From NCBI GenBank assembly GCA_040954595.2, contig CM082586.2, positions 2,857,124-2,921,123 of the forward strand: 64,000 bases of DNA, read 5' to 3'. Shown piece by piece: positions 53,701 to 64,000 of the stretch; positions within the stretch are counted from its first letter, which is position 1; every line of letters starts with the position of its first letter. The translations under genes and the position numbers were made by a program. The notes under the pieces are model-generated. The model was given only the letters and a program-made list of their open reading frames with translations. It did not search any database and was not told where the DNA came from. Source of the DNA: Balanoglossus misakiensis. Taxonomy: Eukaryota; Animalia; Hemichordata.

Positions 53701-56700
53701 TCCGAGAGCGGAGGAGGGCTCGGCGTCAGTATGGTGGAGTACGTACTGGGCTCGTCCCCACAGGGTAAAGAACTGGAGACCAGGCTGGGAAGAATCAAAC
53801 AGGGATATGTAAGTTTTTCTGTTGAGCGAGTCATTACTGTGGTTTGTTTGTATGCAAGTTAAGTACCCTGTTGAATATGAACTGATCCTGAAATGTTCCT
53901 TGCACACAGGGAGCGCCCCCGAACGAAAACAGTCTGCCAGAGACCGATCCACAGAGTGCCAAGAATGAGAAAAAGAGTAAAACTCCATCCCCGTTTGAAG
54001 AGGAGGCCAAACCCAAAGAGGTGGCGGAAAACATAACAGAAATACCTCAAAATAGCAACGGTAGAAACAGCGCTGAAGAAGAACAAGAGAAGACTAACTA
54101 CAGGTAAGATGATGATGATGATGATGATGTCATCCAATAGCGCCCTCAGTGTCCTTTTGTTGCCAGTGTGCCCTTCTGAAGGCCCGTGTTTCTTGATGTG
54201 AAATAACGTAATATCTAAACAGTTTATTGGAAAACAATGCATTGAACGCATGCCTATTTATGCCAATAATGGCACACCATTGTCTCGAGAACTCGATGGT
54301 GCAAGAAAATTAACCATCTGACTTGTGATGGCATGTGGTTGATGCAAAAAGAAACGTCTCACCTTTGCTCTGTTTACTTCCCGCAGAAATGGCGGCAGTG
54401 GCAGTCGACAACCCTCGCCGAACGAAGAGAACAAATCGGAGCAGATCAAACACATCAACATGGAGGTGCCACAGCAGCAGCAGAGACAGATGATGGCCAA
54501 AACTCCGGACAACATCACAGAGGCGCAAACTCAGAACAGTCTTCAGGGCATGGAGAACATGGAACCGGTCACTGTGGACCCCCTGCAGTTTGATTACTCC
54601 ACACAAATGGTGCCAAGTATGGACAGTCCTAGTTACATCGATTACAATCAACAGGTGAGGGTGTGTCTTGCAAAGATCATACATATGTACCCATCTGGGA
54701 GCATATTGTATACCAGGCTATAATCCCTCTGAGGGGATATATATTTTATAGCCCTGAAGGGTCACTATCAACTACCAAGGGGTGTATATCATGTTACCCC
54801 CTGCTTACAGCCTGTTGAATTATTCAGATACACTTATGGGATTGGTTTAAACCCTAGTACTGTTACCTATTGAATTATTTGTTTTTTTTCTGGACTATTC
54901 TGAGAATAAGACAATTATGCAGAAAATCTATATTCAAAGTATCAAAATCCTGTAGATCAGTCTTTTCTGTTGCTCTGAATGATGTGAATAGTAACTTGTT
55001 GGCCTGCACTGGGTGGCGTTTCCAAAAATTGACGCCGATTATTTTGTCTTAACAGCAGGTCTTCCAACAACAGCGCCAGGCAACTCCACAGGCCATCGCC
55101 ATGCAGCAGTTAACACCGCAGCAGCAGCAGTACGCCATCGCCGCAGCCCAGCAGCAGCAGATAGGTGAGTGTGTGTGTGTGCAGCTCTTTTGGCCGGTCG
55201 CGTCGCAACGAACACTAACCCACAGACCCCCTGTCACATTGCATATTCCGTGCATAGTTGTAGACTTGAACTAAAAAGTGATTGATGTTGATAGAGGAGT
55301 GTGTCCCCCTGTGGGCATACTGATGTATAGTGCCAATGGTGGCAGTATTCAATGTCCTCCAAGTAACCCATAGCAAAGAAGACGTTATTTTTTAATTCAA
55401 GAAATTTTATATATGTAGGGTGTATAAATTTAATCAGATCTGATATATGAAATTTTGACAATTGTTTTTAGTGTTTCTTCTTTTGTACACATCACTTTTC
55501 TGTTCATTTGGGAAACATTTATTCAGATTTTCATTTAGTACAATTTTAGCAAGGCAAAAGTGATGCTTTTCATACATCCATACTATTAAAATGACTGACA
55601 TTGTCTGTTTGTCTGCTTATACCCCCTAGCACATTGAACATTGTGCATGTTTGACATAGCATGACGGTTATGGGCCTTGGTAACTCATGCATGCAAAGCT
55701 GATAACAAGATGAAAGATGTGGAACCTAAGGGGGCCAAATATGTAAATGTGAATGACTAACAAAGGAGACTGGAGAGAGTTGGAACTGCATTCAATACTG
55801 ACTTTTTGTGCATCACATAGAAAAATAGGGGTTATAGAAACTAGACCCAGTTTGCAAGCATGTCTTTCAGTTTCACTCTTCAAAAAACTTACAAAGCATA
55901 GTTGTAACCGTGGCAACAGGCAGAGATGAATGACTGCCTGTAATATTTCAATTTGAAATTTTGAATCTTGTTTCCGCATTTATAAGAAGCAATTGTTTAC
56001 CATTGGAGTTGACTCACTCACAATTTACAAAAAGAAATTCTGTCACGAACAGACCAGCCTCACCGTGGTAATTCTGAATTGAAACCCTTATCTGGTGTCT
56101 GTCTTTGCCCCCCTTTTCTTCATGTGATGAACTCTACGAGTCAGTATCTGTCATGAAACCATAATGTATCTCTATTTTGCATGTTTTTTTGCTGACAACT
56201 GTCTGCTCTCTGTTATGTTTCATTGCCTGTAGGGCTTACCCAAACTGCCTTTGCTGCACCTAGCCCGTATATCATAAATGCTGCTCCCACAGCCCAGGAC
56301 CCTTATACTGTAGGACTAGCAACTGCAACTTTAGCAGGTTAGGAGGACTATTGTCATTTTATTTCCTTTGCGTTTCTTTTGTTTTATCTGTAAGTTTCAG
56401 TTTCAAAATCAACATTGGATTTGTTCAATAGCTGTTGAACATCAGGAATTATACTTGATTGTCATAGCTATGTTGACTTTTTCAACGAAGTGTATTTATT
56501 TTTGATATCAATGATCAAGTAAGTTTTGTTGCCTTTGAAAAGTCGGGAGTGCTGTAAGAGATGAATGTGGGCAACTCATCTTACTACTGGACTTGGATGC
56601 TCGACCGTCAGGAGACTTCTGAAAGTCGATGTCTGAATGCTTTGTATTATATTTGGTTCATAGAGGGCGCTTCATGCCCGTCTACACCTAACAATACTAT

Positions 56701-59700
56701 ATATCCGTTTACCTGTTGTAGAACTTAACTTGTAATGATGTGTATTTTAGATCCCTACTAATACAAGTAACACCTGACCCACTTACTTCACTATAGCAAA
56801 GAATAGATGACAATAATAGTATATAAGTGTAGAACGTTGGGTCAGAAGTGAATTCTCTACCAACTAAAACAATTTTTCTTCTTTTCTCTGAGTAGGAGCC
56901 CCCACCATAGTACAGCCCCAGTATGCGTATGGAGTAGCCCCCTGGGGGGCGGCCATGTACCCTGTCAGCATCATACCTCAACAGCAGCAGGCACCAGCGC
57001 AGCAGAACCTGCAACAGCAACAGATGCTGCGGGGTCAGAACGCCCGACCTATGACCCCTCAGCAGCAGCAACAGTTGGAACAGATGGGCACCCCTACCCA
57101 GACTGCCACAGTGGCGCAGGCCATTCCTACAGGTGAGAGGGGTGGCGGGCGGAATTTTCTAGAGGGGTGGCAGGGGAATTTTTCTAAATCTTAAAGTTTG
57201 AATGATTTCGGCAAGGAGCAATGGTTACCAAATCACCCATTGTTAACAATCCCTCTTCTGGTCTGTGTTGGCAGGTGGATATCAAGTTATAGCGCCTGCT
57301 TATTATGACCAGACAGGTGCGTTGGTGATGGGCAACGCCCGACCAGGCGCCGGGATGGGTGCTCCCATGAGATTGGTCTCGCCCGCGCCACTTATAGTCA
57401 GTGCTGCTCAGCCTGGTAAGTCAGCAGTGTTTTAGAGATCTTATGGTAATTTCCATCAAATGTGATCATTCAGAAGTTGTGAAATCCAGTACAGAGTTGT
57501 GGAAAAGTTGCTTGCTAAAAGAACACTGCAGCTGTGAAGTTGGACTGTAAAAGGATATTCCACGTATGACAATGTGGAAAAAGTGGCCAATATGCATTTC
57601 AAGTGTGAAGAACTACTCAATCTGCATGTCTTGGTGCTTGGCCCGTCAGACGAGTCAAATTCTGGTGCTGAAAGTAATACCATCTTTTTCTGTTCACACT
57701 GAAAAATTTCTGTTTCTCTATTTCCTCCTCTAAGTTGTTTCCCAAGCCGCTGCCAATGGCCTTAACTCAGCAAACAGTGCCTTCCGTATTTTAGGAACCC
57801 AACAACAACAGCAGACCCAGACACCACCGGCCGGCCAGGCGAATTCCCTCTACACAAGTACAATGCAGGCTCAGACGCCACAGAACGCCAACACCATGAA
57901 CAGCTCCTTCAACTCGGGACAGAACAACGGCGTGTTCACTAACGGGATCGGTCCGGTCGGCTCGACTACTCTTGGCTCAGGTGAGGGAAGGTTGTGACTG
58001 TGAATAAGTGTGATGGCCCTGTGATAAGAGCACCTCTATAAACCAGTGTTCTTGGTGTACCTAGTTCTGACTGGTTGTACTGTAGTTTGTTGTCAACAGT
58101 AATACAAACAAGCATTGAGAATACAACTGTACAGACTGGCAAAGAACATTTGATCTCAGATTCAAACCCCTGAATCATGTGTGTGTACCCTGTACCAGAG
58201 TAAGTGATTGGTGAAACGCAGTCAGATCTTACCTGTGCCTTGCAGCATTGGATAACACTCACTGACCCTTGACCTTTCATTTACAGCTGCCCTGGGAACG
58301 AGTACCAGTACTTCCTCGGAGCAACGTCGGGACTCGCTGTCGAGCCTGGATTACAAGAGACAGGCTCTGCCACCTCTGAGTGCCCCTCTGAGTCAGTTTT
58401 ACAGTGGTGCCACCAGCGGCTCACCATCCCTGGGGCCAATCGGCATGGTGCCTAGTCACCAGCAGAGCAGCTCTCTGACACCTCCGCCATCTTTGTCTTC
58501 AGGGCTCAGTCTGGGTAAGTCTCGTCTCGAATATCGCCCTGAAGTTGATTTTGCTATTTTTGGAAAATGCTGAATTTCTTTCTATAGTGCTTCATTTTGG
58601 CTGATGAATGTCTTCACTGGTTGAAATACAAGAAAAAATACCTAATAATAAAACGATATTCATCTGATTTTATTTGCTAATTTTTCAGCTCCAGGGGCAG
58701 AAGCAAATTACAGAAAGGGTTCCGGTTCTTCCAGTAGTTTATTCGGATCAAGCTCCTTGTTCCCGAATCGTATCCGTAACCCGGGTATCATTGGGAAAGA
58801 CTCCCCAAGTGGTCGAAGTCGCCTGTTGGAGGATTTCCGTAACAACAGGTTCCCAAATCTTCAGCTACGTGATCTTGTGAATCACATCGTCGAGTTCTCT
58901 CAAGATCAGCACGGATCAAGGTATTGTTTACTCCGCTTATGAATTTATCAAGAAGGAGGTTTCTGCCCAGCTTGACTTGAGTGCTGGCTACTCATTAATA
59001 TTCACCATCATTAGTATGCATGCTCATTAATATTCATGTATGCAACTTGAGAATGTGATTTGTGGATGTTCACTTACACGTCAACATAGGTTGTAATGAA
59101 GCGTACATCTTTACCTTCAGATTTATTCAACAAAAACTGGAGCGCGCCACTCCCACCGAACGTCAGATTGTATTCAACGAGATCCTTGGCTCTGCGTACA
59201 ACCTGATGACTGACGTCTTCGGAAACTACGTCATTCAGAAGTTCTTCGAGTTCGGCACCCCTGAACAGAAAATGGCGCTGGCACAGCGTGTCAGAGGTCA
59301 CGTGCTGCCATTGGCCCTCCAGATGTACGGTTGCCGGGTGATACAGAAGGCTTTGGAGTCCATCCCACCTGACCAACAGGTACATGTATGTAGTAGGAAT
59401 ATACACTTATTTGGGAGAGACTTGGTATTTCTTGTATTAGTTGAACTACACAGTGTGGTGTCCTCGATGCTGGTTTTATTCTCATTTCATTGACGCGAAT
59501 TCTGTCGTTTATTTATTTCAATGATAGACAGGATAAGAGCATTTCTGCTAGAATTATGGTTCCAATGTCTTGCCTCTGACACTTGACTTTATTACGCAGG
59601 TTGATATTGTGAAGGAACTGGATGGCCACGTCTTGAAGTGCGTCAAGGACCAGAATGGGAATCACGTGGTGCAGAAGTGTATCGAGTGTGTAGAACCTGT

Positions 59701-60969
59701 GGCTCTGCAGTTCATCATAGATGCCTTCAGAGGACAGGTGAGAGCCAATCAGTGATTGGGATAAACTGTCAGGGTGGACATGATTGGTGGGTCAGGGTTT
59801 GTGGTCTTGTTAGGTTGCGTTTGATTGGTTAGTTCCCTGTATCTGACTGTTTGAGCTGATCTGGCCTTTGTTCTCTACTCCACAGATATTTGTGTTGTCA
59901 ACTCATCCCTATGGCTGCCGCGTCATTCAGCGCATCTTGGAACACTGCACTGTCGACCAAACCATCCCTATATTGGACGAACTGCACGATAACACTGAAC
60001 GCCTAGTACAGGACCAATATGGAAATTATGTCATCCAGGTATGTCCCCAACCTTATCCAGTTTACCGGCCATGTTGAGTTTCGATGGCGGTGTCGACTTC
60101 CTGATTTTATGCTGATTACAGAAATATAAAAATGAGCTGTTCTTTTCTCGTTTTGCAGCATGTTTTGGAACATGGCAGACCGGAAGACAAGAGTAAGATA
60201 GTGGTTGAACTGAGAGGCAAGGTCCTGGTGTTGAGCCAGCACAAATTTGCCAGGTAAGGGCAGAAAGTAAAAATTGCAGTATGCTGGTACCTCAAGGTTG
60301 AAAGGTCGTGTAGAAGAGGTGTGACAAGAGGGCTCCCCAGATTTTGAAGAAAATACAGAATCTTACCAAGTCTGTGCATATAATCTGTACCTTCGTGTTT
60401 CCTTCATGATTTCAGCAACGTTGTTGAGAAGTGTGTGACCCACGCCTCGCGGCCTGAACGTGCGATTCTCATCGACGAGGTGATCAGTTACAATGACGGG
60501 TAAGTAAGCACAGTTGTTGGACCCATCTCAGATCTTTCACTCTGTGCCAATTTCCTAACATGGTGAATTTGTCCTGATTATGGAGGGGGGATGAATACTC
60601 TGTCCTAATGTGCAATGACATAGGGACTTGCTTCAGAACTCTGTTGTAGTTTGTCAAGCTCATACAGATCATGTTCTGTCCCTCTAACTAGTCCAGTAGC
60701 CTAACAATATATCCATTGCATTCCTTTCCAGCCCTCATAGTGCCTTATATACTATGATGAAGGACCAGTACGCTAATTACGTCGTTCAGAAGATGATCGA
60801 CGTGGCCGAGCCCGGTCAGCGTCGCATACTCATGCAGAAGATCAGACCACATATATCCACCTTGCGCAAGTTCACATACGGCAAGCACATACTCGCCAAA
60901 CTAGAGAAGTACTACTTGAAGAACAATGACCTGGGTCCAATTGGGGGCCCCCCAAATGGTGCTTTGTGA
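34137..60969 (+). CDS. pum: Pumilio homolog (PUM1/PUM2-like PUF RNA-binding protein), ~1128 aa, 19 coding exons
   Basis: Exons: 34137-34391 ([16 protein letters not shown]), 40959-41045 (DFQALALE), 53131-53260 (KKFWE...[10 protein letters not shown]), 53621-53808 (HSVSQPI...[20 protein letters not shown]), 53910-54103, 54387-54654, 55056-55164, 56233-56337, 56896-57132, 57275-57415, 57735-57980, 58287-58514, 58689-58920, 59121-59379, 59600-59737, 59886-60038, 60159-60253, 60416-60499 and 60732-60969. All are GT-AG and phase-consistent, totalling 3387 nt. Confidence 0.95.
35002..35024. repeat. Poly-G tract
   Basis: About 23 consecutive G in a Pumilio intron. A shorter G run lies at ~39913-39925. 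Confidence 0.9.
38413..39515. mobile_element. Non-autonomous hAT-superfamily DNA transposon (1103 bp) in Pumilio intron
   Basis: Perfect 8 bp target-site duplication GTGTACGT (38405-38412 and 39516-39523). Imperfect 14 bp TIRs CAGGGATTGCGCTA / TAACGCGATCCCTG (12/14 match). Subterminal palindromes GGGGTCCCtGGGACCCC and GCGTCCcGGACGC. CpG-rich interior with no transposase ORF. Confidence 0.85.
38697..38743. repeat. (AAC)n/(AAAC)n microsatellite inside the hAT element
   Basis: aacaacaacaac...aaacaaacaaac visible. Confidence 0.9.
54108..54130. repeat. (GAT)n microsatellite abutting a Pumilio donor site
   Basis: gatgatgatgatgatgatgatg immediately after AG|GTAA. Confidence 0.85.
58689..60969 (+). 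CDS. pum: Pumilio homology domain exons (8 PUF repeats)
   Basis: Runs from [19 protein letters not shown] to [12 protein letters not shown]. Recognition motifs SRFIQ, NYVIQ, CRVIQ, NHVVQ, CRVIQ, NYVIQ, SNVVE and NYVVQ are the canonical Pumilio code for UGUANAUA. Confidence 0.97.
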
Positions 60970-63900
60970 AAGCAAGATGTAGGAGTGACCGACACACGGC
61001 TCTTTTGAGACATCACGCGGAGAAGAACGCCGTCGTTCTTTAAATTCTCATTTTTAAATTGTGATCAGGTGGTGCCCATGTGTGGTAAATTATTCGTCCG
61101 TACCTTGAGACGAAGCGAGCGTACTAGAAGTGTGATACTTGTTATTTTGTGATTGTGCTTGGAACTGCGTTTAACGTGACAGATATGGCACGCTTTGAAA
61201 TGGTGAACGTTTGTGGATTGCGACTTTAACAGCTAATCACAGAAAAGATTTTGTGGGGGTCATGGGTCAACTCTTTTTAAACCCTTTGTTTCCCTTTTCC
61301 AATTTTCTTTGTAATTTTCACAGTCATATTTTTCTTAGTATTTCTCGAGATTTATATGTAATTAATTGCCACGGCGTACGTGTCGTGAAAATATGTAGTG
61401 TTTTTTAAGGAAGCATGGAATTGACACCGCCAAAGAATCATGAACGATTTGTCGCCAATAGATGGCGAACTGATTAAATTTCCTCCCAGCACACAACTGT
61501 AATCTTTCGTGTACAGTGGAAATATCTTTCTCAATGAAATGTTTTCACCGAGCGTGAAAATGTCTTTGAAAGCACAGAACTGCAATGTTTGGTCAGATTG
61601 TACCAGGAGGATCGCGGCAGCTTTGATAAAAAAAAGATTCAATTTTTCCTCTCCTTCCAAGTTACATCATGGCATTACATCTACAAGAGACGTGTCAACA
61701 AATTTCAGTGTTCACAATCTCTTCATATATCAAGTCGAATTTTACCCCCCTCCCCCAACACCAACTCTCTCCAGTAAAGGTTTAGACTACAGAAGCGTAT
61801 CTATCTGAATATTGAGTGCAAATATCAAACAAAACACTGCCAAATTTTTGTTGTTTTCCCCCTTCAGAGGCTTGTTGCTGGCCAAGTTGTATATTCATGT
61901 GGGTCTGCTTCTGTTGTGTTACCATTTCATGCTTCGTATCTCTATCAGAGCTGCCCGCATTCAACCTAGTGACTGCCTGACCAAGATAAATTTCTTGTGT
62001 TTTTTTCCTTTTTTTAAATTCTGTAAAATATTGTAACTTAAGAAAAAAACTGCCTTGACTATAAACCATCACAGGGAAAGGGTGCAATTTTATCATTAGT
62101 CCAGAAATGAAATAATGTGTTTTCTGGTGTATAATAACTTACTTTGTTGTGCAGGCTTTTTTTCGATCATGCATTGTTTGCAGGTTATAAGCAGTAGAGA
62201 GAGGCTTAGTTTGTTAAAATTAGTCAGGTAGTTTATTACAACGGTGTAGAGTAGTTGGATGACTGCTTTGAGCTGCTTTGAACTGGATGAAATGTGCTAT
62301 GTATGTGCAGACTTGTAGGAGCATATAACTGACTCGTACATGTCATGACGACCAGAAGTTTGTGACCTCAGACTGATTCCGGTTCAAACCAGTTCTCAAA
62401 GCAACTCCTGCCCTGAGAACAGCGTGTGAATCATATTTACCAGCAAACCAATGAGTTTCCCCTCAAACCCATTCGTAACAGCGCAACATATCTGATTATT
62501 CTTCCTACTGGTGCTAAAGATTTCACACACAAAAACTTGAATATTTTGCAAAAACAGGTTATATTGATTAAAAATTTTCCCTACCTATTGTACAGTTTTT
62601 GCCAATTTTGGACTTGTATATGAAGCATTTTAGACTGAAGATTTGTATGCCTGTAAAGCAGACTGTTTTATTTTGAGACACCATTGTAGATAAGAGATTT
62701 ATATGTATTGGGTCCTGTAGACAGAAACTTGACATTGAGATGTAAAAATTGTCATCTTTGAAAATACCGAAAAACAATTCCAAAGCTCTTGTAACTTTTT
62801 TCATCCGACTTGTAGAAATGTACAAAATCTGAGTATTGAAATAGGAATTGAGGTGTATAGACATTATTCAGAAATTGACACCAGTTTAAACCGGACTCAG
62901 CCGGATCTCCTTGAAGTTTTTTTCAACAACAATGAATTTCAAATCCAGTGCAAACCAGTCACGACTGGTTTGTCCCACAATGCATCCCACCGTCGATGCG
63001 CCATTATGTATACAAGTCTGTTACAACCAATTGTAAATTAAAAAATATGACTGCCCAGTTTTTTGATGCTACACTTTTACTTACAAACCTGAATTTGATA
63101 CTAACCTAACAACGTGTACAGAAGGGAAAAAATTGAAGACTTTTGTTAAAGCTGTTTGCTAGACCTTTTAGCGTTGCAGTGTTTTGGGGTGTGGTGATCA
63201 CTGAGGCCAATGTTTTTACTAACCGTTTACACAATTCAGAAAGCATGCTTCCGAGTATTGTAATTATTTTTCTCGATTTTGAATTTTTCTATTTCGCTTA
63301 TACATATTGGTCATTTTTGTATGGTAGAAAATTAGACTCATTGCCAGGCTTAGGTTCTATTTTGAATGAAATGATATAAATACTATATATATTGTTACTT
63401 ATTTTATTGTAACATTGACACTACTATTTAGCCCTCTGTAAGAAACAAAGCCCCCCCTTGTACGTAAGTAAAAATACTTTTTTTTTTTCAAAATGTACAT
63501 TTGTACAAATTTTGTAAAGATTTGTCCCTGCTCTACTTGTCAGTGGGCTTTTTTGAAGATGATGTACAAACATTCCTGTTTTTGAGAACAGCTCACATTG
63601 TGTATTTTTTCAGCAAGTAAACCAGTCCAAACCGGTTTCGACCAGTTGATTTCTCTTGGAACTGGTTTACGTCTAGTTTGTATTTGCATTTTTCCAGAAT
63701 TTTTGACCATTGCAATACCACTGTGTTTTTTTTCATCTGCCATGACTTCATCTGGGTCACCTAGTTATCGCACTTGTATACAGGTTTGTTAACTAGAACA
63801 TGTTTGTTAATATGGCTATTCACTGGTTATTACTGGTAACTACTGGTTATATTTGTGCCTTGTGCATAGTTGTAAAAGATCAACTATATATTTGATGATT

Positions 63901-64000
63901 GTATTTAACATGTCATTGTTTATATTTGTTTTCTTGTATTAATTTGTATTCTCAGTATTATAGGAAACATTGATATTCCATGGTTAAGAAACTTTTTGCT
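60970..64000 (+). other. pum: Probable long Pumilio 3' UTR (may extend past window end)
   Basis: U-rich sequence with no credible ORF and many TGTA cores downstream of the stop codon. Confidence 0.55.

Noticed and set aside
55165-56895. C/D snoRNAs in Pumilio introns (human PUM1 hosts some)
   Set aside because: TGATGA/CTGA-like pairs exist (~56124-56195, ~56734-56777), but no terminal stem or recognisable rRNA antisense element could be seen by eye.

Overview
Intron-rich animal genomic DNA, probably from a non-vertebrate deuterostome (inferred from vertebrate-like proteins and exon structure; species not determinable). Left to right it contains: (1) the 5' end of a scribble/LAP gene on the minus strand, with two coding exons followed by >13 kb of apparent intron; (2) a ~5.8 kb array of ~10.4 near-identical ~555 bp units between the head-to-head scribble and YTHDF promoters, each unit carrying a 37 bp perfect palindrome, 27 bp sub-repeats and a tRNA-Lys-like A-box/B-box segment; (3) a 5-exon YTHDF m6A-reader gene; (4) two tandem SDR16C/retinol-dehydrogenase-like genes, of which the upstream copy is an intact ORF with the catalytic YxxxK tyrosine replaced by Phe; (5) a complete 19-coding-exon Pumilio gene with a non-autonomous hAT-type element (8 bp TSD) in intron 2 and a UGUA-dense 3' UTR. 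Perfect nuclear-receptor DR1 elements are strongly over-represented. All exon coordinates were derived by hand from GT-AG sites and reading phase. No database searches were run.
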